Shown piece by piece: positions 28,288-37,963 of a DNA stretch of 45,758 bases. The translations under genes were made by a program, and so were the position numbers. Every line of letters begins with the position of its first letter. Within the stretch, counting starts at the first letter, position 1. The notes beneath the pieces are model-generated. The model did no database searches and was not told where the DNA came from. It worked only from the letters and a program-made list of their open reading frames with translations. This stretch comes from an uncultured bacterium. GTDB lineage: Bacteria; Vulcanimicrobiota; CADAWZ01. The DNA lies in contig CADAWZ010000003.1 in the NCBI GenBank assembly GCA_902791745.1, positions 1 through 45,758 on the forward strand, written 5' to 3'.

Positions 28288-29041
28288 CAATCTTTATATT
28301 TTCCACTATCCCCTATATAATTTCAACTGTTCTCTATTAAAAACAGATGATTTTATATTTGTTATAGATACATATTTAGGTCCCAATGGTATACAAGATC
28401 TAAAAGATTTTGTGGAAAAAAACAAAGACAATAAAAAAATATATATAATAAATACACATTCTCATTATGATCACATCTGGGGAAATTGCCTTTTTAAAAA
28501 TTGTCAAATAATATCACATAGATTATGCAGAGAAAAAGTTTTATCTGATGGTGAAAAAATTCTAAATGAATTTAAAGAAAAAGAACCTAAATTAATTTTA
28601 GGAGATATAGAAATAAAAGCACCAAATATAATTTTTGAAGATGAATTGACTTTTTTTTCAAATAATATTTCTATAAAATTAAAGCATTTTAGCGGTCATA
28701 CAAAAGATAGTATTGTTATTATAATTGAACCATATCACATTTGTATTGCAGGCGATCTTGTTGAAGAACCTTTTCCGATTGTCAGTGAAGATGATAGCGA
28801 TTTAAAAGAATTTATATCATCTCTCGAAACTATAGATAAAATGAATTTTGATTTTATTATACCTTCACATGGAACAAGATTTGATAATAAATTAGTAAAA
28901 GAAAATTTATCTTATTTAAAACAGTTAGAAAGCAATTCAATTTCAGAGGATTATTGTAAAAAAAAACATATAACAAGTGAATTTTATTTAGAGGCACATA
29001 GACAAAACATGGAATATGTTATTAATTCGGAAATTAAATAA
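28271..29041 (+). CDS. MBL-fold metallo-hydrolase
   Basis: NTHSHYDHIWGN (HxHxDH), GHTKD, AGD, IPSHG. Confidence 0.92.
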   Translation: MKKINDNLYIFHYPLYNFNCSLLKTDDFIFVIDTYLGPNGIQDLKDFVEKNKDNKKIYIINTHSHYDHIWGNCLFKNCQIISHRLCREKVLSDGEKILNEFKEKEPKLILGDIEIKAPNIIFEDELTFFSNNISIKLKHFSGHTKDSIVIIIEPYHICIAGDLVEEPFPIVSEDDSDLKEFISSLETIDKMNFDFIIPSHGTRFDNKLVKENLSYLKQLESNSISEDYCKKKHITSEFYLEAHRQNMEYVINSEIK

Positions 29042-29058
29042 TTGGTTTATTTTCTACT

Positions 29059-29183
29059 AAGCCAATTTTTGGATATAATACACTCACTTAGACAGTTTTT
29101 TCGCAAATTAAGAGCTTTTTGATTATATCTACTATGAAAAAAACTGATGTGTTCGTTTTATTATATCGCACAAAATTGGCTAA
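29059..29183. mobile_element. MITE-like hairpin element, copy D (internal part, outer TIRs eroded)
   Basis: AGCCAATTTTTGGATATAATA...TATTATATCGCACAAAATTGGCT; near-identical to the reverse complement of 42152-42274. Confidence 0.8.
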
Positions 29184-29244
29184 TTCAACTTATTTAAAAG
29201 CCTAATTAACAACAGACGACTAAAAAAATGAAAAGGGGGAAAAA

Positions 29245-29859
29245 ATGAATCTTTTTGAAGGACTGTCAAAAACACTTAAACAAGGTACAGAATTGGCAAA
29301 AAAAGGGGCTGAAATAATAGCTAAACAAACAGAAAAATCTATAAAAATCGAATCCTTAAAAGCAGATATAACGACAGAAAAAAAACAACTTGATAAAAAA
29401 ATGAAGCGTTTAGCTTCAAGAATATATTCCATGTATGAAAAAAATGAGATAGAAGACCCTGAATTGATAGAAATGTGTAAAGAAATAAAAAAAATAAAAT
29501 GGAATATAGAAAAAAAATATTCTGAAATTGAAACACTAAGAAAAACAACTGTTTCTCTTAAAGATGAACCTGAAAAAGATCCTTGGGAAGATGACGAAGA
29601 AAATTTCTTTGAAAATAGTGATGATGAAGATAAAGAAAAAATAGAAGAAACACCCAAAAAAGAGGAAATAGAACAAAAAGAAGAAAAGCCCAAAGAAAAC
29701 AAGAAAAAAGAAAAGAAAGTAGTAAAAGTTAAAACAAAAAAGAAAATAAAAATTAAAATCAAAGATTTAGAACAAGAAGAATATAATAAGAAAAAAGAAG
29801 AAAAAAAAGATGACGACAAAAAAGATTCTATTAGCGACAGCGAACAAACACAAAATTGA
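29245..29859 (+). CDS. Hypothetical coiled-coil protein with Lys/Glu-rich tail
   Basis: GGGGG RBS-like site; helical N-terminal ~100 aa followed by a charged low-complexity tail. Confidence 0.72.
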   Translation: MNLFEGLSKTLKQGTELAKKGAEIIAKQTEKSIKIESLKADITTEKKQLDKKMKRLASRIYSMYEKNEIEDPELIEMCKEIKKIKWNIEKKYSEIETLRKTTVSLKDEPEKDPWEDDEENFFENSDDEDKEKIEETPKKEEIEQKEEKPKENKKKEKKVVKVKTKKKIKIKIKDLEQEEYNKKKEEKKDDDKKDSISDSEQTQN

Positions 29860-30406
29860 AGAAATTAAATATTTACTTCAAGGAATACCTTATGAAATAG
29901 TATCTGTTCTGGATTTTGAAAATATAAAAGAAGTAAAAGAAGGAAAAGATACATATCTTGAAAATGCTTCTTTAAAAGCACTGGGATATTCAAAACAAAC
30001 TGGCATTTTATCACTTGCAGATGATTCAGGTCTTGAAATAGATTGCCTTGGTGGCAAGCCTGGAGTTATGTCATCAAGATTTTTAAGTGAAGCAAAATCA
30101 TATAGTGAAAAAAATAGTATGCTCCTTGAAATGATAAAAAATGTACCACAAGAAAAAAGAGGAGCAAGATTTGTTTGCACAGCAGTTTTAGCTTATAATG
30201 GAAAAGTTATTAAATCATTTGTTGGTGAATTAAAAGGAAGTATAGCATTTGAAAAAGCAGGACACGAAGGATTTGGATATGATCCAGTATTTTATGTGCC
30301 TGAATATAAAACAACACTTGCTTCAGTTCCTGCAAATATAAAAAATCAAATAAGCCATAGAGCAAATGCAATGAAGCAAGTTAGAGAATATTTATTAAAT
30401 ATATAA
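29810..30406 (+). CDS. rdgB: Non-canonical purine NTP pyrophosphatase (RdgB/HAM1)
   Basis: LATANKHK, ENA.LKA, ADDSGL, PGVMSSR, GFGYDP, KNQISHR. Confidence 0.96.
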   Translation: MTTKKILLATANKHKIEEIKYLLQGIPYEIVSVLDFENIKEVKEGKDTYLENASLKALGYSKQTGILSLADDSGLEIDCLGGKPGVMSSRFLSEAKSYSEKNSMLLEMIKNVPQEKRGARFVCTAVLAYNGKVIKSFVGELKGSIAFEKAGHEGFGYDPVFYVPEYKTTLASVPANIKNQISHRANAMKQVREYLLNI

Positions 30407-30429
30407 TTTAGTTTCTCTTGAGGTTATTC

Positions 30430-30479
30430 ATAAAAAATTCCCTTTCCCTATTTGCAAATAAGGAAAGGGAATTTTTTAT
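30430..30479. terminator. Bidirectional intrinsic terminator between convergent rdgB and ECF gene
   Basis: ATAAAAAATTCCCTTTCC-C-TATTT-GC-AAATA-A-GGAAAGGGAATTTTTTAT. Confidence 0.85.
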
Positions 30480-31015
30480 TTTCTCAATAATCTAAAATTA
30501 TTTATCCAATATGCCAAAATACCGCCCAAAATTGCAGAAATACAAGCGATAAAAGAAAATGCTGATCCCAAAATATTTTTTTGGATATTGTTTAATATCA
30601 AAAAAAGAGGTAAAATATAAATAGACGAAATAAAAATAAACAGGGATTTTAAAATAGCTCCCAAGACAATTCCCAAAAAAATAAAAACAAATGAATATTT
30701 ATTTTTTTTCTTTGAATATTGTACTCCAATCCAAATCAAATACATAAAAATACAGTTTGAAACAATCAAAAAAGGAATAAGTAACGGAATTTTTGGACCA
30801 ATTCCAAGACAAAATGCAAGAGAAGGAGAAATCAAAGCAACAAAGAAAATTGTTTTCAAATCTGTTTTAAAAACTGTAAGTGACAAAATCAAATTTACAC
30901 ACATTCCAGTCAAAAGCTGATTAGAAAAAAAAGAAGTTGTATATTGAAAAATTATTAAAAGAGTTATTAAAATAGCTCCATAGGCAAGATTTAAATTATT
31001 ATTTTTATTTTCCAT
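30476..31015 (-). CDS. ECF transporter S component-like membrane protein
   Basis: About 5 TM segments; QLLTG..VNLIL, ISP.LAF..GI, PF...SN pattern. Confidence 0.7.
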   Translation of the reverse strand: MENKNNNLNLAYGAILITLLIIFQYTTSFFSNQLLTGMCVNLILSLTVFKTDLKTIFFVALISPSLAFCLGIGPKIPLLIPFLIVSNCIFMYLIWIGVQYSKKKNKYSFVFIFLGIVLGAILKSLFIFISSIYILPLFLILNNIQKNILGSAFSFIACISAILGGILAYWINNFRLLRK

Positions 31016-31070
31016 AACTTTTCAAAAATTCTTTTTCAAGAAAAATAAACCTTTAGAAAGGAATAAAAAA

Positions 31071-32231
31071 ATGAATTTTATATATCTTTCCCCACACTAT
31101 CCGCCAAATTTTAAGGCATTCTGCAAAAATTTAAATTATTTAGGTGTAAGAGTTCTTGGAATAGCAGATACCCCATATGAAGAAATTGGAGAAGACCTTC
31201 AAAATACACTCACAGAATATTACAAAGTCAGCAATTTAGAAGATTATGATCAAGTATATAGGGCTGTTGCATATTTTATTCATAAATATGGAAGAATTGA
31301 TGGCGTTGCCTCTATGAATGAATATTGGCTTGAAACAGAGGCAAGATTGAGAACAGATTTTAATATTGAGGGAATCAAGATAAATGAAATAGAAGCAATG
31401 AGAAAAAAATCTCTCATGAAACAAAAATTCATAGAAAACGGAATCCCTGTTGCAAGAGGAAAAGTCGTAAATAATATTGCTGAAGCGGAAGAACTAATAA
31501 AAGAATTAGGTTATCCAATAGTAGCAAAACCTAATAAAGGAGTAGGTGCTTCAAATACATATAAAATCAAAAATCATGAAGATTTAGAAGATTTCTTTAG
31601 AACAAAAACAAATGAAGAATATATTGCAGAAGAATTCATCGAAGGAACGATATGTACATATGACGGCTTAGTAGATGGAAATGGTGAAGTTGTTTTTGAT
31701 ATTTCACACATATACCAAAGCGTTATGGACCTTGTAAATTACAAAAAAAATGTATCCATATATTCAATAGGAATGATTCCTGATGATTTAAAAGAAATCG
31801 GACAAAAAATAATAAAAACATACAACCTCAAAAAAATGATATTTCATTTTGAATTCTTTAGAACAGAAGATGGAAGACTTATCGCCCTTGAAGTAAATAT
31901 GAGGGCTCCAGGTGGTTCTATGATAGACATGTTTAACTATGCTGCAGATGTAGATATGTTTAGAGAATGGGCAAATATAATTGCAAACAGACCTTTTGAA
32001 GAAGATAGAACTCTAAAATATTGCTGTGCATTTGCTGGAAGAAGAACAAAAGAAAAAAAATATGCACACAGCAACGAAGAGATATTCAAAAAATATGGTC
32101 ATATATTAATGTTTGCTGACAGAATTCTTGGAAGTTTTGCAGATGGAATGGGCGATTATGTCTATGTAGCAAGAAGTAAAAATATTGGACTTTTGAGAGA
32201 ATTTATAGATTTTGTTCAATGGGAGGAATAA
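31071..32231 (+). CDS. ATP-grasp domain protein
   Basis: NFIYLSPHYP, S.NEYWLE, KS.MK, PIVAKPNKGVGA, EEFIEG, HFEFF, LEVNMRAPGG. Confidence 0.9.
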   Translation: MNFIYLSPHYPPNFKAFCKNLNYLGVRVLGIADTPYEEIGEDLQNTLTEYYKVSNLEDYDQVYRAVAYFIHKYGRIDGVASMNEYWLETEARLRTDFNIEGIKINEIEAMRKKSLMKQKFIENGIPVARGKVVNNIAEAEELIKELGYPIVAKPNKGVGASNTYKIKNHEDLEDFFRTKTNEEYIAEEFIEGTICTYDGLVDGNGEVVFDISHIYQSVMDLVNYKKNVSIYSIGMIPDDLKEIGQKIIKTYNLKKMIFHFEFFRTEDGRLIALEVNMRAPGGSMIDMFNYAADVDMFREWANIIANRPFEEDRTLKYCCAFAGRRTKEKKYAHSNEEIFKKYGHILMFADRILGSFADGMGDYVYVARSKNIGLLREFIDFVQWEE

Positions 32232-32234
32232 AGT

Positions 32235-32726
32235 ATGGTTTTTAAATATTGTCCATTCTGCAAGTCAGAAATGACTGTAAAGAAAGTTGAAGATAGAGAT
32301 AGAAATATCTGTGAATCATGTGGTTATATACACTATGAAAATCCATTGCCTTCCGTAGGAATAATTGCAATTAAAGACGGAAAATGCCTTTTAATTAAAA
32401 GAGGTAAAGAACCTGGAAAGGGTCATTGGGCTCCTCCTTCTGGTTTTGTTGAACTTGGAGAAAGTCTTGAAGAAGCTGCTGCAAGAGAATTAAAAGAAGA
32501 GACAGGATTAATTGGTCATGCAGTAGAGCATTTAGGGTCATATTGTGAACCTAATGATGTATATGGTTATGTAATAACTATTATATATCTTTTTGAAATA
32601 GATTCTGGTGAACCTACAGCTGGAGACGATGCAGAAGAAGTAAAATTTGTGTCCTTAGAAGAAATTCCAGATATGTTCTTTGAATGTTTTAATAAAGCTA
32701 TGAAAAAATACAAAGAAAGACATTAA
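32235..32726 (+). CDS. NUDIX hydrolase with N-terminal zinc ribbon
   Basis: CPFC...CESC and Nudix box GFVELGESLEEAAARELKEETG. Confidence 0.93.
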   Translation: MVFKYCPFCKSEMTVKKVEDRDRNICESCGYIHYENPLPSVGIIAIKDGKCLLIKRGKEPGKGHWAPPSGFVELGESLEEAAARELKEETGLIGHAVEHLGSYCEPNDVYGYVITIIYLFEIDSGEPTAGDDAEEVKFVSLEEIPDMFFECFNKAMKKYKERH

Positions 32727-32741
32727 TTTTTTTATACATAC

Positions 32742-32783
32742 ACACGGAAATCAATTTTATAAAGTAGATTTCCGTGTTTTTTT
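32742..32783 (+). terminator. Intrinsic terminator after the NUDIX gene
   Basis: ACACGGAAATC...GATTTCCGTGT followed by a T run. Confidence 0.8.
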
Positions 32784-32793
32784 AGGAGAAAAA

Positions 32794-33450
32794 ATGGAAA
32801 TATTTACAGAACCAATTACAGAAAAAGAAATATTATTACCAAAGGGAGTTAAATACGAACCTACTTATAATGGTTTTATTTTAAAAACAAATTCAGGTGC
32901 TCAATTTTTTCAGAGTGGATTTGAAAATAATCTTGTGAATATAGGAATTGGTATTTTAAGTGTTTGTACTTTAATAGTATTTTCTGGTGGTGCTGGACAA
33001 AGAGGAGAACTATATCCTTATCTCATAATCACTGGATTTATTGGGATGTTATTGTTTATAATTGGTTCTTCTATGAAAAAGCTAAAAATTACTATCACTG
33101 TTTCACCAAAAGGTATTGAAATAAAAGCTAAAAAAAATTCTTTATTTATTGAAAAAGAAAATATTAAACATATTTATGCTTCTCAAGGCTTAAGTGAAGA
33201 AAGTTATGATACAATTCCAACATCAACAATCTCATTAACAGGAACAAAATTTCATTTAAATGAATATAAAGTAATTTTAGTCTGTAAAGACCCAATAAAA
33301 CTTCCTAACTACTTTAAGTTCAAAGATAAAATTGATTTATTTTATTCACATTTTTTTTACACAAAAAAATCTGCAGTTTTTTTTGTTCAAGAATTTATAA
33401 GAGTTTTGGGACTCGATTTAAATGTAACTTTCATAGATAATAAGGAATAA
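32794..33450 (+). CDS. Hypothetical membrane protein (2 TM)
   Basis: AGGAG RBS; two hydrophobic helices followed by a soluble beta-rich domain. Confidence 0.75.
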   Translation: MEIFTEPITEKEILLPKGVKYEPTYNGFILKTNSGAQFFQSGFENNLVNIGIGILSVCTLIVFSGGAGQRGELYPYLIITGFIGMLLFIIGSSMKKLKITITVSPKGIEIKAKKNSLFIEKENIKHIYASQGLSEESYDTIPTSTISLTGTKFHLNEYKVILVCKDPIKLPNYFKFKDKIDLFYSHFFYTKKSAVFFVQEFIRVLGLDLNVTFIDNKE

Positions 33451-33454
33451 TCTT

Positions 33455-34579
33455 ATGAACATAATTATATTAAATGACAATCCCCCACCCTTAGGCGGTG
33501 CAGAATATCATATTGAACTTTTAAAATCCCTTTATGAAAAAAAAGGACATAAAGTTACTCTATTTTTTTTCAATGATTATGTAAAAGGTAAAAGCAAAAA
33601 AAATGCCTATATTGAACTTAAAAAATTATTGTCTTCTCAAAAATTTGATTTAGCACATGTCCATGCTGTTGAATATTATTTTTCTGATTGTATAAAACTT
33701 TTGACAGAAGAATATAATATAAAAACGATACAGACACTTCATGATTATAGATATATTTGTCCAACTGGTGATTGTTTTAGAAATAGTGAAATATGTACAG
33801 AATGTCATAAGGGAAACTTTTGGAAGGCTGGAATAAATGGATGTTACAATTTAATTGGCTCTTTTAATAGATTTTTTAATGAGTCTATATTAAAAAAAGA
33901 CATTCTTGGAATAAAAAATATCTATAGATTTATTTCTCCAAGTAATTTTTTAAAAAATGTTTTTGAAAAATCTTATTTTACTGGAAAAATTGAACAAATA
34001 TATAACTTTTTAGATATTGAAAAATACACTCAATATGACTATCAAAGAGACGAAGAAAATCCGTACATCTGTTTTACAGGTCGTTTGATGCCTAATAAAG
34101 GAGTTCTGACATTAATTGAAGCTGTGAAAGGGACTAAAATAAAATTAATAGTTGCAGGAAAGGGACCTGTTGGAGATATTATTGCAAAAAAAATATCTGA
34201 AGACGAATCATATAAAAATATAAGTCTTGAAGGATTTTTAAGTTTTGAAAATTTAGTAAAATTGATTAGAGGATCACACCTTGCAGTTGTCCCTTCTGAA
34301 TCTTGGGAAGTTTTAGGATTTTCTGCTATGGAAGCATTGGTACTTGAAAGACCTGTAATTGCTTCTAAAATAGGTGGATTAGTAGAAGTTGTCGCAGATG
34401 ATAGAGGAGCATTATTTGAACCAAAAAATATAGAAGAACTTAGAGAAAAAATTTTAAATTTGATGAAGTCACCCCAAAAACTTGATGAAATGGGAAAAAA
34501 TGGAAAAAAATTTGTCATTGAAAATATGTCAGAAAATATTTATTATGATAAAATAATGAATGTAATAGGCAGGGTTTAA
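33455..34579 (+). CDS. Glycosyltransferase family 4 protein
   Basis: GGAE, TLHDY..ICP, SPS, GRL...KG, PS..WE..GFSAMEA, PVIASKIGG. Confidence 0.92.
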   Translation: MNIIILNDNPPPLGGAEYHIELLKSLYEKKGHKVTLFFFNDYVKGKSKKNAYIELKKLLSSQKFDLAHVHAVEYYFSDCIKLLTEEYNIKTIQTLHDYRYICPTGDCFRNSEICTECHKGNFWKAGINGCYNLIGSFNRFFNESILKKDILGIKNIYRFISPSNFLKNVFEKSYFTGKIEQIYNFLDIEKYTQYDYQRDEENPYICFTGRLMPNKGVLTLIEAVKGTKIKLIVAGKGPVGDIIAKKISEDESYKNISLEGFLSFENLVKLIRGSHLAVVPSESWEVLGFSAMEALVLERPVIASKIGGLVEVVADDRGALFEPKNIEELREKILNLMKSPQKLDEMGKNGKKFVIENMSENIYYDKIMNVIGRV

Positions 34580-34641
34580 TTTGTCATTTAAAGAATTTAG
34601 AGAAGTTATAAATTTTGTATAATATTTAAGGAGATATATAA

Positions 34642-35802
34642 ATGGAGTATTTCCTGAGTGAGAAAGAAAAAATAGTTGCTGAAACCGCAAGAGAATTTGC
34701 GGAAAAATATATAAGACCTGTTAGGGCAGAATATGATGAAACTGGCGAATTTCCATGGGAAATTCTAAAGAAAATGGGACAAGCTGATTTGTGCGGAATC
34801 TATATTCCAGAAGAATATGGCGGACTTGGCTTAGGTGTTTTTGGATTGACACTTGCTGTTGAAGAAATGAGCAAAGTTTGTGGCGGTATCACACTTGCAA
34901 TGGCTGCAACAGCTCTTGGAACATTTCCACTTATTCTTTATGGAAACAAAGAACAAAAAGAAAAATATCTTCCCAAAATAGCCTCTGGTGATATGATATG
35001 TGCTTTTGGTTTGACAGAAGCAAATGCTGGTTCTGATGCTGGAAGTATTGCAACAAGAGCAGATAAAGATGGTGATTACTATGTTTTGAATGGTACAAAA
35101 ACATGGATAACAAATGGTGGAGTTGCCGATTTATATACTGTGATTGCTGTAACAGATAAATCAAAAGGTGCAAGAGGCACGACAGCTTTTTTAGTTGAAA
35201 AAGGAACTGAAGGCTTCAGTTTTGGAAGAAAAGAAAACAAAATGGGTATAAGAGCTTCTTCAACTACTGAACTTGTTTTTGAAAATTGCAGAGTTCATAA
35301 AAGCCAAATTCTTTCAAGAGAAGGAATGGGATTTATTGTTGCTATGAATACACTTTGTAATTCAAGACCTGGTGTTGCTGCTCAAGCTCTCGGTATTGCA
35401 GCAGGAGCTCTTGATGAAGCACTTAAGTTTTCAATGGAAAGAAAACAGTTTGGAAGTCCTATTTCATCTTTCCAAGCTATACAGCACATGTTGGCAGATA
35501 TGGCAATGGAAGTTGAAGCAGCGAGAGCTATTTTATATCAAACTGCAAGAACTATTGATTCTAAAAAGCAGAAAAATTTCTCAAAGGAATCTGCTATGGC
35601 AAAAGCATTTTGTTCTGATGTTGCAATGAGAACAACTGTAAATGCTGTTCAGATTTTTGGCGGAAGCGGTTATATGAAAGATTATCCTGCTGAAAAGATG
35701 ATGAGAGATGCAAAAATCACTCAAATTTATGAAGGTACTAATCAAATTTGCCGTAATGAAATAGCACTTCAACTTATCAAAGATGTAAAAGGTAAAAAGT
35801 AG
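34642..35802 (+). CDS. Acyl-CoA dehydrogenase (butyryl-/caffeyl-CoA reductase type)
   Basis: FGLTEANAGSD, NGTKTWITNG, KMGIRAS, RKQFG, QIFGGSGY, KITQIYEGTNQI. Confidence 0.95.
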   Translation: MEYFLSEKEKIVAETAREFAEKYIRPVRAEYDETGEFPWEILKKMGQADLCGIYIPEEYGGLGLGVFGLTLAVEEMSKVCGGITLAMAATALGTFPLILYGNKEQKEKYLPKIASGDMICAFGLTEANAGSDAGSIATRADKDGDYYVLNGTKTWITNGGVADLYTVIAVTDKSKGARGTTAFLVEKGTEGFSFGRKENKMGIRASSTTELVFENCRVHKSQILSREGMGFIVAMNTLCNSRPGVAAQALGIAAGALDEALKFSMERKQFGSPISSFQAIQHMLADMAMEVEAARAILYQTARTIDSKKQKNFSKESAMAKAFCSDVAMRTTVNAVQIFGGSGYMKDYPAEKMMRDAKITQIYEGTNQICRNEIALQLIKDVKGKK

Positions 35803-35814
35803 GAGAAGAAATAG

Positions 35815-36609
35815 ATGAATATAGTCGTTTGTATAAAACAGGTTCCAGCTAATACACATGTAAAAATGGATCCTGTTACACATACTTTAATAAGAGATAG
35901 ATCAGGCTCAACAATAAATCCTTATGATTTACATGCATTGGAAACAGCTCTTCAAATAAGAGAAAATTATGGTGGACGAGTTACTGCTGTTACAATGGGT
36001 CCACCTCATGCTTCTGATATATTAAAAACAGCTGTTGGTATGACTGTTGATGATGGTATTTTGATTTGTGGAAGAGAATTTGCAGGAGCTGATACACTTG
36101 CAACTTCTTATACTATTTCAAGTGCAATCAAAAAAGTTTGTCCTGCTGATTTAATTATTTGTGGAAAAATTGCTATTGATGGAGATACAGCACAAGTAGG
36201 ACCTGGAATTTCACAATGGCTTGGAATGTCTCTTGTTTGTAATGTTATTAAAATAGAAAAAATAGAAGATAAGAAAATCATTGTAAAAAGAGCTGTCGAA
36301 GGTGGAAATGAACTCGTTTCTGTTACTCTTCCAGCTGTAATTACTGTTGACAAATCAATAAATGTTCCTCGAATTGAGTCAATAAAGGGAAGATTTAAAA
36401 AATGTGATTTTGAACCAAAGACTGTCAATGCTGAAGCAATTGAATGTGATTTGACAAAAATAGGATTAAATGGCTCTCCAACTTCTGTTTTTAAGGTATT
36501 TATACCTGAAAGACAAAAGGCAGATCATGAATTGATTGAAGGCAAGAATGTTGCTGAAAAAGCACAAAAAGTAGCAGATTTTCTTTTTGAATCTAAGCTG
36601 ATTGTTTAG
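35815..36609 (+). CDS. etfB: Electron transfer flavoprotein beta subunit
   Basis: CIKQVP, INPYD, TMGP, AGADTLATS, DGDTAQVGP, GLNGSPT. Confidence 0.95.
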   Translation: MNIVVCIKQVPANTHVKMDPVTHTLIRDRSGSTINPYDLHALETALQIRENYGGRVTAVTMGPPHASDILKTAVGMTVDDGILICGREFAGADTLATSYTISSAIKKVCPADLIICGKIAIDGDTAQVGPGISQWLGMSLVCNVIKIEKIEDKKIIVKRAVEGGNELVSVTLPAVITVDKSINVPRIESIKGRFKKCDFEPKTVNAEAIECDLTKIGLNGSPTSVFKVFIPERQKADHELIEGKNVAEKAQKVADFLFESKLIV

Positions 36610-36626
36610 TGGGAGGCATTAATTTT

Positions 36627-37826
36627 ATGTCAATAAGAGTTATAGAAGAAAAATGTGTTGGCTGTGGTCTTTGCTCAAGAAAATGTCCACAGAGTGCAAT
36701 AACTGTTGTAAATAAAAAGGCTTCAATAGATGAATCTAAATGTATTGTTTGCAAATTATGTGTAAACACTTGTAGATTTAATGCAATAGAAGTTGTTGGA
36801 CAAAAACAAGAAAATAGCGAAAAATCTTCCTATAAAGGAATAGCTGTTTACGCTGAATCAATAGATGGAAAATTTAATCCTGTTGCTTATGAGCTTTTGT
36901 CAAAAGCAAATGATTTGGTAGTTAAGACAGGAGAAAATGTATTTGCCTTTGTTTTAGGAAGTGGATTTACAGATGAAAATCTATCAACGCTTTGCAAATA
37001 TGCTGATTTTGTATATGTTGTAGACAATCCATTTTTGGAAAAATACAGAGATGATGTTTATTCAAAAGTAATGGCTTACATTTTAAAGCAATATAAACCA
37101 TCTGCAATTCTCTCTGGTTCCACAATTAGAGGCCGTTCTTTCATGCCAAGAGTTGCTACAGAACTTGAAACAGGATTAACTGCTGATTGTATCTCAATTG
37201 AAATGGATGAGAATACAGGTAATTTAATCCAGACAAGACCTGCATTTGGTGGCGATTTGATGGCTTCTATTTTGTGTGAAAATACAAGACCTCAAATGTC
37301 AACTGTCCGTCAAGGTGTTTTTCCTGTAAATGAATCAATAAACAAAAATGGAAAAATCGTAAAAGTTGATGTTCCAGAAGAATTATTAAAATCCAATATG
37401 GAAATTTTGGGCTTTGAACCTTGTTCTTGTAGTGATGTAAATATAGCAGATTATGATATAGTTGTTGCTGGTGGAAGAGGACTTCGAAATGAAAAAGGTT
37501 TTGCTCTTTTGAGACAACTTGCAGACCTCCTTGGCGGTTGTGTTGCTGGTTCGAGACCTGCTTGTGATTGTGGATTTATTCCACATTCAGCACAGATTGG
37601 TCAAACTGGTGTTACAATAAAACCAAAATTATATTTGGCAATAGGTATTTCAGGAGCTGTACAACATATTTCAGGAGTAGAGGAAGCGGAATTGATTATC
37701 GCTGTAAATACAGATCCAAATGCTCCTATATTTGATATAGCAGACTATGGAATTATAGCCGATGCTTTTGAGTTTTTACCAGCATTGATTGAAAAAATAA
37801 AAGACAAAAAATTTGCGAAAAAATAA
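36627..37826 (+). CDS. etfA: Electron transfer flavoprotein alpha subunit with N-terminal 2x[4Fe-4S] ferredoxin domain
   Basis: CVGCGLCSRKCP and CIVCKLCVNTC; GLTADC, TRPAFGG, GGRG, QIGQTG, GISGAVQH; ATG 36627 after GGAGG. Confidence 0.95.
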   Translation: MSIRVIEEKCVGCGLCSRKCPQSAITVVNKKASIDESKCIVCKLCVNTCRFNAIEVVGQKQENSEKSSYKGIAVYAESIDGKFNPVAYELLSKANDLVVKTGENVFAFVLGSGFTDENLSTLCKYADFVYVVDNPFLEKYRDDVYSKVMAYILKQYKPSAILSGSTIRGRSFMPRVATELETGLTADCISIEMDENTGNLIQTRPAFGGDLMASILCENTRPQMSTVRQGVFPVNESINKNGKIVKVDVPEELLKSNMEILGFEPCSCSDVNIADYDIVVAGGRGLRNEKGFALLRQLADLLGGCVAGSRPACDCGFIPHSAQIGQTGVTIKPKLYLAIGISGAVQHISGVEEAELIIAVNTDPNAPIFDIADYGIIADAFEFLPALIEKIKDKKFAKK

Positions 37827-37859
37827 ATTATTGTTGTGATAGTTATTAACTTGGTAATT

Positions 37860-37963
37860 AGGGCGTCTTGGTAAACTGCATATTAGCCAATTTTTGCGGT
37901 GTAAGTCATTCACTCCAACTCCGCTTCGCTCTAATTTCGTTCGTTGTATTGCACCGCAAAAAC
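37860..37963. mobile_element. MITE-like hairpin element, copy B (right TIR not recognisable)
   Basis: AGGGCGTCTTGGTAAACT left end like copy A; stem TTTTTGCGGTGTAA/TTGCACCGCAAAAA around the shared 39-nt core. Confidence 0.75.
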
